Source: Tubiluchus corallicola (lineage: Eukaryota; Animalia; Priapulida). Taken from it: a DNA stretch of 64,000 nt. The position numbers and the translations under genes were made by a program. Where the stretch lies: positions 62,001 through 126,000 of the forward strand of contig JAQGDQ010000557.1 of NCBI GenBank assembly GCA_030141605.1. The letters run 5' to 3'. Positions within the stretch are counted from its first letter, which is position 1. The number at the start of each line of letters is the position of its first letter. The notes under the pieces were generated by a model. It was not told the DNA's origin and made no database searches. It saw only the letters and a program-made list of their open reading frames with translations. Shown one piece after another: positions 12,801 to 27,800 of the stretch.

Positions 12801-15800
12801 GTACAGACAGCGTCTTTGGTTACCGACATTTGTTTACTGACTTTTGGTGACCTCGTGACTGCACTCATAACGTCATTCGTACAACGAAAAATGGCAGTTC
12901 TTCAAATTCAATACAGCTAACAACGAAGTGATAAAAAATCACAAGAAACAAGTTTCACAGTAAAATTACAATAAAATAAACTGAAGTTTAAGTTGTAAAA
13001 GCTGTGAGTTGTAAGTTGTAAGTTGTGATGCATTATAATGAGAGTAAATTTTCTGTTCAATCACAACTAACCTCGAAGTGGAATGGGAGCAATTAATGGA
13101 ATCGCAGGTGAACAGGTCCTGGTGATTTCGGGAGGATCTTTCCCTTCAAGTTTAAGAGCCGGATACCGATCGTGACTGCATTCCAATAGGAATTCCGGTG
13201 ATGAAGAAGATATTACTGTCTCGGGTGTTCCGCTATTCCTATATATGGCAGAAAGTATAAAGATTTTCAGATACTCGAGTGCCTTGCATAAATGCATAGC
13301 ACCACAGTAATGAACCTTGATGAGAAAAAGGCAAATAGAAACAGCAAGCATCAGGGTTAAAAAGCTCATTAATACAAACATCAATGTTTATCAGAGTTGG
13401 ATCAATTTCATCACATGCTTTGCTGAATAAAATTTTATTCCATTGCAGTTTTATAACAAAATTTCTAAGAATAAAAACGTGAAGCTATAAAATTAGTGTC
13501 CAAAAACGCGAGAACATAGTTGCCAAAAACATACCTAGAGGCCACACTGTGTGCTCGATTAAACGGGTCTGGTAGCTGAGTGAGCTGGTATCGTTGTTCA
13601 AGACCTTCTGTAAAAGCAAAATACTCACAATATCCAACACAGTTAGCCAGCGTAATAAGTGGCATTATTGGAGCTTACTAGAGATTTTTTTTTCTAATTA
13701 CACAATTAGAAAGTGGAAGTTAGTTTTCACAACTGGAAAAAAAAGCAATTAATTACAATTTCTATTTGTCCTCACTGCCAGTTTGATAAAAATGCAACCC
13801 GATGCAAACTGTTGTTATGCTCTTATGGTACAAATTCTAGATTAATGTATTGTTCCTCACTTGTAAGAGCTAAAATTGCAGTACAAATGCTTTGAAAAGC
13901 ACAATTGCTGCTTGTTAAGGGAAAACTGCCCAAATACCCTTGTTACTTACTTAATCAATTTTTTTTATATTTCTCACTGAAAAGAACAACAATATTGGAT
14001 GCAGTCTTAATAGGCAAGCTTACTTCTTCAGTTATTTTGGTCACCTGGTCGGTTAATAGATGTATAGTGGGCGCCGCTTAATAGACTGACGGTTAATAGA
14101 CTCATTCGCTTAATTGACTCAAAAATGCCAGGAATTCTAATTGACTCAAAAATGCCAGGAATGGGCCACTTCTAAGCTGACTTTAAAGGAATTTTTGTAG
14201 TTTTTGAAAAAAACAGACTTAGAAAAGTCTGTGATTTAGAAAAGTATACTTTTTCATTTATTGCTAATTCACTTATATAAATTAATAATTTAAAAAATTT
14301 TCTCTAATTTTTAACGGCACAAAGGAATTTAGGCATTAGTTCGTTTCTAAAATTCATTAAAAACCTTTACAGTGCATAGTGAGCTGATGACTTATACTTC
14401 TATACCTGTAATACTACACTCATAGGTTAATAGGTTCAGTCGGCCAAAAGTGAGTCTATTAAGCTGCGCCTACTGTATCTAGCTTTTTCACACACCTGAC
14501 CTTTACGTGTGTTAGCGGTGACAAAATGTGTTAATTACATTTTTCTAGCAATTAAAACAATTTCATGATTTCATGACATGCTGCTAGATCTCAGTGTACT
14601 CTAAAAGTAGCCGAATGAAATAAGTTGAATTCTTACATTAATTTTAAAAATCTATTATCAGTTTCAGAGATATTGTTACTCAATAAATTTTATCATAATT
14701 TCTACATGCTTAGTACACAGCACATTTTTATGTATTTTGTTTTAGAAAATAAAGATCTGAATCCTACAAGCAAAGAATTTCAAAGTGTTTGCAGTTTCTA
14801 CACTGTTAATTACTATTAATTTCAATTTAGTGTTAAAGACTAAAATCATTAATAGACCTTTCATTCCTGATCCATGCCTAGAGGGGTCGCCACCAATCAG
14901 CAAATGCCTGCGACGGTTTGCCATCATCTCCGGTTGAGACAGAAAAGGTTTCTGCTGACTAGGCGTGTGAGGAAAATTTAGACCCGGATATGGAGGCGGG
15001 GTGGCAGGGAGCGGTGGTGCAGGGTCATTGCCGAATGGGTAGAATGAATAAACATCGAATGCTCTTGCCGGCACAGCATTGCCATAGTTTCCGCTCAGCT
15101 CATTCTTACCTATAAATATGCAGCATTAGTAAATCGTAATAAAGCCTCATAGCTGTTAATACATAACTTACACAAATTGCAATGACTAGACAAATCTACG
15201 TAAAAAAGCAATTAATGAACGAGTTAAACATTAATCAACTATCTATCAATGCTCTATGAGGTAGTTTAGTAGTAAGCAAATAATAATTTTAAATAAATAT
15301 GTACCATTCATATTGCTGGTGCCAAAAGGCGTGGAAAGGTTGTAGTTGATGGCAACATCCGGCTCCTGTAAAGGAAGGTTCGGGAGTGTGCGAAGTTGTT
15401 GTAACAGCACGTCAAGAAGCATTTCTGGTTCATCAGCTTTCCGTTTTCTTGCAGCACCTAAAAGCAAGAATTTCGATAATTTAAAACAAACATAATAAGA
15501 ATAAGTAATTAAAGAAATTAAAACTATTTGCGATGTAACAGAGAAAAAATTGATGCGATCTGCCACGAATTCATGCTGCTAATAAGCCACAATCAATTTC
15601 AGTGAAAATTTAGTAGTGCACGGAGTATAAAAATGAAGCACATGCCAAAAAATTCAGTGCCTGCGATATACATAAGTTGCTAACAGTGTGATGTACATGT
15701 CTATTATTTTGTCTTCTGCAAGCTTAAAATGTTTAATCTTGATTTTATTGGCCCAGTTGTGTTTTTCAGATATTACTCTATGTAAAACAGCTGTCTATAA

Positions 15801-18800
15801 ATTCAGAATTTTCCTTCAAGCTTCTTATCTGTGAAATACTCTACCAAAACTTTCTTCACTGAACATTATAACCTCACCTTTTTACCACTAACCATTTAAT
15901 TATACAATTTCTGGTTTATCTATTCATTGTAGTTTTTCCTTTACTTAAAGTGACCATTAGCCTTGGATTCAGCATTTATATAAGAAAGCATCAGAACCAG
16001 AACAGAGCTACAGCCAACTGACATGTTCAATAGAGCCAAAATTTCCAGTCACAAATTTTTAGATACAGAACTATTCTTTATTTACAGCAGTTAAGTAAGA
16101 CTGGCCCCACCGTGTCATGCACCTAACGTGCACTAAATTCCAAAAGACAACAGATGCTGATGAAAGCATCACATGCCAAAAGCCAATCACCAAAGATCTA
16201 CACTGATGGTACTTTCTTAGTCTTATTTACATGCATTAAAACAGATCTACAAAGGCTCAACATTTTCGGAGATATGGTTTTTGAATGGAAAGATGCTCCT
16301 CATTCACAACAGCCTAGAGCCCTACATAACCCCAGATCAATCAAATTCCAAGCTATGTTTACAAATACATAATCATAACACAGTGAATGTTTACTAACTA
16401 TAAAAGATTTGCTAAAGTGCTTAGCGAAGCGAGGGACAACAGACTGATTCACCATGTGTCCTTAGCAAACGAAGATAACAATGCCGCCAAGACTGGTCAG
16501 TGAATGACCAGTAACCACCTGGGTTCAACATTCTCTCTAAGTGTTTTTATTTGCCATACCGATTCTGGCTGTTTACCTGGTAGAACGAAGACATAGTCAC
16601 ATCTGAGTCACATATTCACAAGTGAGCTAGATTCTGGTCTTGCCACACTGATTAATACTGAATAAGAAACACCACTGTATGTTTGGATTCTGGCTGCAGA
16701 ATGCCAAGTCCCATGCAAAAAGAGACAAGAAATAGGAATTTCAGAACAAAAATAATGGACATACCTTTCTTAGTGAAGGCAGTCTCAAGCTTCTTTTGCT
16801 GACGTTGTTGCAAACGCTTAGCTTGTAGGGCTTTCTTCTTCTGTCTCTGCGCTTCTTCAAACTTGCGTTTTTTATCCAGCTCCTGCTGCCGCAGTTCTAA
16901 ATAGAAATACAAATAAAAAATTGCCCAAATAAGTAATCTCGAAAACGAAGATGTTTACATACTCTTACCAATTTTCACTGTCGCTATGTCAAAAATAACT
17001 GTTGCTAACAAAAAATGAAATCAGTTAATTTTTTTGTAAAAAAGCAAGAATTTACTAAGCAAAAAGAAATAATGGCACTCATGTACACTGGTTCTTGAGA
17101 ACACTATAATTAAATTCTTCATTATAGACTGTTTTACTAACATTACTGTTTTAATCTTTAGCATTAGTACATCCACAAAATACCATTTTCAAAAAAAAAA
17201 CCCGAAAAACAAAAACTTTATGAATACAACTGGAAAAGGTTCTTTGAAAAATCATCAAATATCTTGGTTCATCTGAAAGGTAGCAATACAGTTACTGCAC
17301 TTCACAGAAGCATTTCACTTAGTTTCTAATTAAGTATTTTAGTAAAAAATATAAGCAACAAGCAAACAGTTAATCTTACCCATAATAATCTCTCTTTCCT
17401 CGGGAGTTTTCCCGGCCAATGCGGCTTCTAAATCTATCCCACTATCAGCAGTCAGTGGCATATTTTCCAACATTTCTAGCTGTTTTTGCTGCTGTGGTGT
17501 CAGATTGATTGGTGCATCAATATCAAACTGCCCCTGCTGTACAAAAATGAACAAATAAATATATTCAGTATAATCACACTAACGAAGCCACGTGAAACTG
17601 TCTTTACAATAGAAAAACAATTTTATGTAAATGTATTTAAATTTACATAACTTCCGTGAATTCACAATGTCCAATTTCTAGTAATACCCTTACAATACTG
17701 TACAATAGCTGCCAAGGCACAGGGCGTAAACTATAACAGGCCACATAAGGATAAGAAATATGACAGTTAGAATCAGAAGCACGTGTGAAACGTACCCCAG
17801 GAATATCTGCTGCCTTGAGATCGTTATTAACACTAAGCTCCTGCATGCTCTTCTCCGTCCCTTCAGCAGTCTGTTCTGGTACGGCAGCAGAGACTCCTCG
17901 TTCACGTCCTTCCTTTCTCAACAGCTGTTTCAGGAGTATGTTGTGAATCGGGTGCAAATCGGGGTTGCCAGAACTGTCGCTCATTGTGAAATCACCTCTT
18001 CGCATCAACTCTAAAAAAGAATTTGAAGGCATAATACCTATACAACCACTAACCCAGCACTTTAACTAAAACATGGCATTGTGCATAAGAAAAATGAAAC
18101 ACAGAACATGTGCAGTGTGCACCATGTTGTCAATTTCTGATGCAAGATTTGCAAAGTAGCTAAACTCTCAAATTAAAATTATGATTGTCAACTTATTAGC
18201 TGTCAAAATAAAGAATCTTACGTAATCTAATCCGATAGGCTGGCATATCACGAATTTTGTATTATGACTGATTCTATTCAATGTCTTGCTAGGTTCTTTT
18301 TTGAAAGATTTTAATAGAATACATGTTGAAAAAAAAAGAGTTGTACCATGTACATGAGCAAGGAAGAAGTTAGCTACTCAGTTTAAAAAACAAGGTTTTA
18401 AAAACAGCATTAGACTCTCCCATTATTTTTCATGCAAAGTTCTTCTGTTGCTGCTCTGTTGCTTAGCATGACAAAAATCTCTGAAAATTCTCACTTTGCA
18501 TTTTAAACAAATGGTTAAGCAAGCCTAACTGCAGGGTCCTTAAAGATTTATTTCAGCACACAAAAATGCCATACAAAAGTTAAAATTTACACTAAAAACT
18601 AAGAAATACTACATGTTACGCACTATTACAAAAGCTACGAATACAGAATTTAAAAATACAAAAAAATCATCAGTTTGTGTAGTAACAGACTATTATTGAC
18701 TTATTTAAAGAGAACACTGTTTAAAACTTCATCTGATATTTCAAAGATACCTGTTTATATTAAAAAATAAAATAGAAAACAAATTTAAAGAACTAATTTA

Positions 18801-21800
18801 ACAACAATAATAATAACTCCCACATACCTTCTTCCTCACGCTTTTGTATCTGTCTCGGGATTTCTCCCGGTTCTAATGATGGCATCCTTGGGATAACGGG
18901 ATTGTAAGTTGGAGGAAAACCAATTGACACAGCAGGAGAACGTTCTCTTTCAGCAGCAGCTGCAGCAGCAGCAGCAGCCGCAGCTTCAGATTCCAGCATC
19001 GCATTCTTTATCGCTTTATCAATTGACAGGGATATGCTCTGAGCAGTGGCAACAGTGCTAACTTGTGTCGTAGTCATTGTCGTCGTTGAACTAGTTCTAG
19101 TACTTACAGCGTTACGTGCTTCAAAATCTGCAGGAGTGTCTCCATGTGATTTACCAGTTGTCGACGAAGTGATAATGGATTGAGTGATATTTGGCATCAT
19201 GACATCAGATGAACTATACAATGGCAGAGCACCAATACGCTCCTCAGTAATATGGGACAACGTAGAGGTTACAGTACATAATGAACTAATGGCATTCCCT
19301 ACACTGTTATCTACTGTAGTACTGTGGATATTGATATCTGTTGATATTGTGTGGCATGAGTCACTAGAAAAATTTTTTGAATCAAATGCACCAACTTTTT
19401 TATTATCAGACAAATAACTGACTTTATCACTAGGTTGTGAACTTTCAGCCCAGGATCCTGCATCACATTCAGAACTAAAAACTTCATTTTTAACGATGCA
19501 ACAATCAGTAGTAACAGGTTGAAAACTTGCTGCGCTGGTCAAGGCACTAGTGAGTGAGTTGTCACTTGTAGACATTAGCGAAACAGACTTATCGGCAGAC
19601 ACAGGGGTCTCAATAGCCTGGAAACCGGCATTAACTGACGCTGCACCACTTGAAGGAAAAGTAGTTGATGTAATAAAACTTGTTGTACTATTCACAGAAA
19701 CATTTGAAAACACACTGCTAGCCAAACCAGGAGAATGCATGCCATTTTCATCATCTATAATAGCTTTTTTATCAACACTTTGTTTTTCACCTGGAATTGG
19801 TAGGTCACAACTAGGCACACATGACAATGAGCTATCACTGTATGTCATCATCACGCCTGCTGCGATAGAAGTAGTGAAAGGCGGTGCAGCAAGCATACAG
19901 CTAGTTGCTGTAACAGTCGGTGAAGGTTTATCATTACCGCATGACAACATCGTTGATATCGAAAAAGCACTTTTGCCACTAGATGTATTCATTGTAACAG
20001 ATGTGATATTGCACTGTAAAGCCGAGGTGCTGCAAGAAGAAGTATTTTTAATTGAAGTATATGGGAGTGAATGTACTTTGTCACTCATCAATGATGGCGG
20101 AACGCTTAATAAAGTAGAAGTAGCCACTGCTGTGGTCAATTCGGTATTGACCGATGACACATCTGCAAATGTTTTGCGCAAATATTGTTCTACAATGCTG
20201 TGAGCTGTGGAAAGCGGCTCTTTAGGTTCTGCATGAGGCACACTCTGATTACCCAAAGTATCACTTTGTAAGCTTGGCGAAGTAACCACGCTAGTACTCA
20301 TGGCTAAGCGCTGAATGTTTGTCGCAGAGGGTAAATGACAACTACTATTTACCACTGGATAATAAGCATTGCTATATTTAACAACAGCTGGGGGTCCAAT
20401 GCTTATAGAACATACTGGCGGTGCAACAGCACTAATTGGAATCGGATGATCAACCGTACCAGCTGGGTACATAGGTGCAAAGGTAGCATCTACCACACAG
20501 GGCGAACATTGGTCTGTAGAGGTAGTAGCAGCAATACTTGCTCTTAAAGACAACTGCCTTTCACTTTCTGCCGATGAACTACTAATAGATGCAACAGTTG
20601 CTGAAGTGTAACAAGAGTGAACTACAGAAGTACTAGCAACAGGTGTAGTGATTGTTGGAGCAACCTCTTCTTTAGCATCATCACTTATCGCGAGAAGTGA
20701 AATTTCACTTTTTTGTGTAGACGATGCTGTCACCTTAGTTTCATCGTCTGACTTCACAGCTATTTCAGTCGAAGGCGTGAGTGACGGCATGTCAGACGCA
20801 ACAGTAACAGACATTGGTGGGGTAACAGAATCTTCTGATACTTCTTGACTGTTAGGAGCAACAACAGGAATGGTATCAGAGCTTGTTGGAGATGCCTCCA
20901 CAGATGCCAAAGCTCTGTCTTCCTGACATTTGTTCAAATTCTCGACAAAAGATGCTGTTTCTAAAGGCGTGTCATTACTGGACTGCATTTGCATGACATA
21001 GGAATGTTCACCTGTAACTGTTGAAGCAAGAATATCTGTAACAGAAAATGGTGTGATAGTTCGAGCAGGGCATGTAGTGCTGCTAGTATGGACGGATGAT
21101 GTTATTACTGTGCTAGGTACTACCAATAATGGTCTCGAAACACTGTAGCTGTTCTCCTGCAATCCGACTGTGTTGGAAACCAATAACGTGCTTTCTGGAG
21201 GAGAGCTTTCTGTACTTTGCATGGCTACATCGCAGCTATCTTCTTCACGCAGAGCAGTAGGCAGCTCATCAGTTAAAGACAGCTCAGGATTAGCAATCAC
21301 TTGAACTTTTTCTGTTGAATGAGAATCTGTTGAAGACACCTGAGATGCAAAAGGCAGCACTCGAGAAAAAGAAGACGAAGGACTCTCACTTTGGAGATCG
21401 TCAACTTTCTGATCACCAATGCCATCAAACTGTGGGATGCGAGTTGCAAAGTGACACTTGCTAGAACAAGCACTTATCAACCATTTCTTATATAAGTTCC
21501 CTCTATTATATTTCTTACATTGACTTTTTCTGTTCTGATCGCTGCTCCCATCTGTCTGTGGTATATCTGGTTCAGGTTTTCCCGAACTGTCACCTTGCTG
21601 AAGATGTTCTGTCTTTGCCTCACCAGCTTTTGAAGTAAGTGGTGATGGTGTTTCACCTACAGAAGAACTGCTACTAATGCTAGCTCTAGTAACGACTGTC
21701 ATGTCAGTAGTAGCTTTGCTAGTTTCGCTGACAGATGTAACCACAGAAGACTGACTACCTTGGAGTGCTTTATTAAGAGGACTTCCAATTTGCGGTGTCT

Positions 21801-24800
21801 GATGGCCAGGAGTTTGAGATGCACCTGTTGACGATGGTCTTGAAGAAGGCCTCGAAGAAGGACGTGACAAAGATCTTGGTGAAGAAGAGTGACCACCCGG
21901 TGACGTCCACCCAGTCGGATGAGGTACATTGGACAAAGGAGAACTAGAACTAACCGTATGGGGAGGTAAGAGACTAGACACAGAATGTGATGACGAAAAT
22001 GACTGTGGCAAACTGGACACCATTTGCGACAAACTTGATACAGCTTGCGATAACGACGAAGGTGACATGCCAGGCTGGCTAGCAGAATTTACACTCAACA
22101 TTTTCTGAATGCTCAATGGCGATCCAACTCTCTGCAACCGAGGGCTAAACTGTTGTTCGATTCCTGATCTTGGCATGCTACTAGCGATGGATGTATGACT
22201 TCCTGGAGAACGAGCAAATGGAAGCATGCCTGGATGTCCACTATAATGTCCAGCAGATGTTGGTACACAGCCAGGAGATGATGCTCTAATGCTTTGCGGA
22301 GCCATGGCAATGCCTTCTGGAAGCTGCGGAATGTTGGGAGTTGCAGGTGGTTGAATTACGTTGTATGGAAACATGTGAGATGGCTGTGGAATTGACTCAC
22401 CTGTAAAAAAAGAGAAAATTAAAACTCATCAGAACCAGGTCAACGAAGCCATAAACCTGTTCACATGGTGACGACACTCCACAACAGATCAACCTGAAAC
22501 TAAATATGTGGCAAAGAGTGGAAAAAGAAAACAACTGAAATAAATCTTAAAAGAAATAAACAAACTAGTCAAGCTATGTGAAAACTGTTTGCAACAACAA
22601 CAACAAAGTAATTACAAATCTGGAATTGCTTGTCACACTCAAACTGAACATGTGTAAAATTTATCACGATAAGCCACTTAATTGGCTTTACAACTAAACA
22701 ATTTTGTAACTCACTCAAAATCACAGAAAAAAACTACACTCATTCCCAAAAAGGACTAAAATTTCAAGAAAAAAGAGAAAAAGAAAAGAGAACGTAAGCA
22801 TGTAGGAGTGTATGCCAAATCACATCAACATCCAGAAAAAAGTACTTGTCACACAGCCTCACCAAAGGGGTCTGTTTTGATAGGTTTCTTCTTTCTAGTT
22901 TTCTTTTTCTGTGGGTGAGGCTGTTCCACATTATCGGCAATGCTAGGCCCACTAGCGGGTAGCACCATCGTGTTTTCACCTGGAGGTTGTAATGATCAAA
23001 TCCAGATTTAGTTAATAAAGTTTAATAAATCTAAAACAAACACTACAAAAATCTAGTTAGAAACAAATTTTATAAAAACCTTGAAATGGAACAAAAGAAA
23101 ACTGAAATAAAAATTAGTAACCTTCCTGAAAATGGAATGATTAAAAGAACAGTGACAAACGAAAAAGGACGACGTTACTCAAAATCTGCTCTCTAACGGC
23201 GCATTCAGACTAGCGAGTTTTCTCTCCTAGAGAGCAAAACTTGCTGTGAGTTACTCTCCGAGCAGACATGCAATTCTCTATACACTGCGATAAGTATTGA
23301 GGGTAACTTGCCGAGGGTGTTCACACTAGGCAGTAACTCACAGGAAATCAACTCGCAGCAACTGTCGGAGAGTTTGCAATAACTTGCCGATAGTAACTCA
23401 CAAAACAGTTCATACTTGTGAGTTTACTGTCAGATAGAAAACTCACTAGTCTGAGCATGCTGTAACAATGTCAGTAAAGGTTCTACAAAACAAAATACAG
23501 TCAGAGTATTTAAACACAAATGCCAAAACAACTTACACTCATACAAAAATCACCAGCGAAGACAAGTACAAAAAACTGAAAAATCTGAAAAAGAACTATA
23601 TTGCTGAAGTAGGGGTGTGGCGCCAACGATATGGCACATACAATCAGAAATACAGTTAAAAAATATTCGTTTTACAGTTGAGATCCTGTAATATCATCAG
23701 AAATGTAGACACTGTATTTTTGCAGAAACTCTCGAGGCTCTTGTGGGCCAAGGGGGAGTGTCTAGCACACCAAGACTGCTTTTGTGCACACTAAACGAAC
23801 AAAACTCAGTGAAGGTAATCCTAATTCATTACTTCCAAATAGAAGCCTGCTTCATCAAATCACTCCATATACACTAAAATCAACTCACCAGTACCTACAC
23901 CAAACTACACCACATACATTTATATTCACCTCACTAGTTAGACAAAAACCATATTTAACTCATCAAAGAAATTCCGTCACACAATAAGCAGGAAGCAAAA
24001 AATTTGTTAATCGAAAGTTCCTAAAAGTGGCAAAGCATAAAATTTACCTGTGATAGCAACAAGCATGTATTATATACCGAGATACATGCAATATACAAAA
24101 CACCAAAATGTACAAACATAAATACTTGCCCAACAGCAAGCGTGTTGAAAATTAGTACTGAATGAATGCTATAAAAACTCTAAATTATCCCACTTAAGTC
24201 TTTAAATTACTTCAGAGCCAATGTTTGTGATATCATGTCTATTGAGTATGTGGTTCAGCAGTCTTATGAGTTTTAACCAAAAGTCTCTTAATAAATATGC
24301 AAAAAAAATGACACAGAACAAAAAAATAGACTTAACAACAAAAAAACACGAAAAAACTTTTTAGTATTGTGGGATTACCAAAAAAACAGAGGACAATGTA
24401 TTTGCTTCACACTATGTTAAGATCAGAGTATAGTTGAGAGAGAGCAAAATGAAGTACAGCTCCATTTGACACGCACAAATATATAAATATACATCTACAT
24501 CCAATACATGTCCACTTGATAATCTTTAAAACTGCACCACCAAAGCAAAATGACGAGGAAAAAGCACACAAAACACCTGAAGTGTCAGAATCTTGAGTCA
24601 AAAAGCATCAGAATACACAGTATTAGGAACTTAATCATCACTGGCAGTTACAAATAGAAGTGCTTGCCTGAAATTAAGATATCTGTCATCACTTAGTGAC
24701 CTTAGTACAATAAAAAAGTGCCCCATTAAAACTTACACAGTCTAAATATAGAAATATTCAAAGCCGTCCAACAGAGATAAAAGACCCAAAGAAAGGAGTA

Positions 24801-27800
24801 ACATATTGAAGGAAAACAGTATGATTTTTCAATTCCTACCCATTTTGAAATATGGCAAAAAGTATACATTTTTTAACATCAATATTAATGCCAAAGTCTT
24901 TCTGCTAATTAAAAGCTTAATTAACCACAGGCATGGCCAACCACTGATGACATCACAACTGAACATAATTTTCAACAGTATAAACATTCCAGGAGTCTGT
25001 TGCACATGTTTGTAAAAGTGAAAATATTCAGTGTGATACACAAAAACACAGCAAACATTAAGTTCAAAATTTAAATTTCAAGTTTACCCCTATGCTCACG
25101 CATGACTTCTCAAACGTGTGCACTATATGTCACAACTGAACACCGCTGAACTAAAATGTACCACCTACTGCAGGCGCTAGTGTCCACCTGACAAGCGAAG
25201 GTAAAAATGCACGTAACAATGTAGAAATAACTGTGCGAATTACATTTCTGTGATGATAATTCTTTCACGTAAGTCGTTCTTGAAAAAATAGCAAATTCTC
25301 TTTCAATATTTTACAGAGTAGATTGTTCTGAGCTATAGTTTAAGATGGGATCCATTTCCTTTAAGGAGCTCAGCTTGATGAGTAAACAAACACTCACTTG
25401 ATATTAACAAGACATGTTAGTGAAATATGAAAAAAATGAGCAACCAGTTTTGCAGCTTTTAATAAAAAAAATAATTGGTACTATTGGGCAAACGAAATCT
25501 ATACATTAAAAGTTTAACTTTTATTGTAAAAATTATTTAAAGATAAATAACAATATTTTAGTGAATACGTACTTGGCTGAAAGCGAATTTGATCTTGAGG
25601 GAATCGTACGCCTGGAGGTAACCGAGGACCATGATCAGACCCTATCCTGGCACCATGCTCAATAGGCATTCTCGGACCATGCTCAGATGCAATGAACTCG
25701 GGACGCATCATCCGTGGGCCATGATCAGGCATTAGTCGAGGACCAAGCTCTGGCCCAGATCCCATTTTAGTTCCGACGTCCTGCATAGGACGTGACCCCA
25801 TGTCTAAAACCATTCTTGGTCTCTCCTGCTGATATTGCATTCCCGGAAAACGATGCTGTGGCAAACCGTGGGCACCGGAAGCCGGCGGATACACCATTCG
25901 TTGATCGAATGTCATGCCAGTTTCTGCGAAATAAGGGCGACCCATTTCTTGATGCTCTACAATGTAAAAATATAGGAACCTTCATAATTAAGGCTGCAGT
26001 TTGGTACTACAGCGATACTAAGCTTATAAAAGACAATTTAGTTTATTGATATTGGTCAAGCAAAACAATTCGAACTTTGGCGGGACAGCAAACCAGTTAG
26101 TTACATGCCCACCAAATGACGTTACTACTTTGTTGCCACGTTTCAAATTAAAATGGAACTGCATTCAAGAAGCAAAACGTACCATGCTGAGCAAGTTCTG
26201 CCTCCTGTCGAAGCAGAGCTCGTTGTCTCTCAACATGAGCTTGCAGTTGTTTCCGTTGTTTTTCCTGAGCCAATCTTTTTTCTATTTGCTCGCGCTGCTG
26301 ATAATGCTCACGTGAGTAACTGTCGCTAAATGGATTGTTCTCATCGACCCTAAAAGATTTATTGTACTATAATTTCAAACCCACGTTACAGTTAGCGAAA
26401 CAATTCTGTTAAAAAGCTACAAACTACTGAAACGTCCTTATTTACATAAATTAGCTGTTGCAAGGTACCTCATTCTATACATGCTTTCCTCGGTCCCTTG
26501 AGCACTTCTAGGTGAATGCAGCATTGGGCTCTGCGATGGCGAGCCCACGTGGGGCGGAGTTGACTGTCGAGGAAGTCCAGGGGAAGTCATTCCGGGTGGA
26601 GTACCCATAGGCATGCCTTGTGGCGCTATCAATGACGATGCTCCCATTGCCTGAGGAGGAATGCCAGGAGGCAGGGCGTGACTTACACCTTGACTATACA
26701 AAGCTGCCTGCCGGTCGTCCCGTTTCTGTCTGTATTCAGAAACGACAATACCGTGCTGTCTGTTTTTCTTTCTCATCTGCAGATGTAGAAAGAACAATTT
26801 TCATTTCTTTGTTAAACAGGCATATGACCAATACAACTTTTTCATTTTTCTTTCGCTGTCACAAAATTAAAATAAAAGTTCTGCATTAGTAGTGACCAAA
26901 CTTTGAGTTGGCAAAACTAACATCAATTCAAAATGTACTATTTAATTTACAGCTGCAATTAGACTATCACGGCAAGTTACAGCAGAATCACATGAACATG
27001 TACGAAAACGGACAAGACATGGTTATAGAGACTAAAATGCACATACGTACATATGTACAAGTAAATGTACGAATATGTTTTACCCCTGATGGTTAACTGA
27101 GGAAACACTAGTCTCTGATAACTATGTCTACTTAAAAAGCGACAAATGCCGTCCACACCCGTATCACCAGCATCTTCTCAAAATATATATGCCATTAACC
27201 TGCATCAATAAATGCACAGATGCATACCTGCTCAATTTCTTTCTGCATGGCGCTTATTTCTTGAGCGAGTTTCTGCATCTGCTGCTGATCACTTTCACTC
27301 AACTCTCCCCCATTCTTCTTCAGCACTCTGCTTCTGGCATTGAGTGCCTTCTTGTCTTTCCTGAGCTTGGCGATGTTTGTCTCCAGCGTCTTGAGCTCAT
27401 ACTGAAATTCAGTGATGAAAATGAGTTATTTTACTAGGCAGGCTAAAAACTGACAATACCAAGTCGTAAGAAAATGATGGGAAAATTCTGCAAATGGGAA
27501 CTGTATTAATAATTAACAATGATATAACAACATTGAAAAAACCTGTAGCATTTGTTGGTGCTGAAACAGCCACTTCTCATATTGCAATTGTTGCTGTCGC
27601 TGTTCTTCTGTCATGTTGATATCAAATGTGGGTGGTGGAGGAGGCGGATGCATAGGTTGAGTGGGCGGGCACATCATCTGACTACCCATCTCATTCTGGC
27701 TTCTCTGCATCATCCCAGGAGCGGGCGGACCACTCATACCTGTGACACAGTTAACGAGTTAAGACACATTATCTTTCCAAAAACCAAAAATTTTCAAAGC

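Noticed and set aside
12797-12916. Possible extra KMT2C/D exon
   Set aside because: It has a gtatgt donor, but the frames compatible with the upstream phase-1 exon contain stops.
19184-20848. Plus-strand ORFs (up to 217 aa) inside the giant exon
   Set aside because: Antisense shadows of the coding exon with no recognisable domain.
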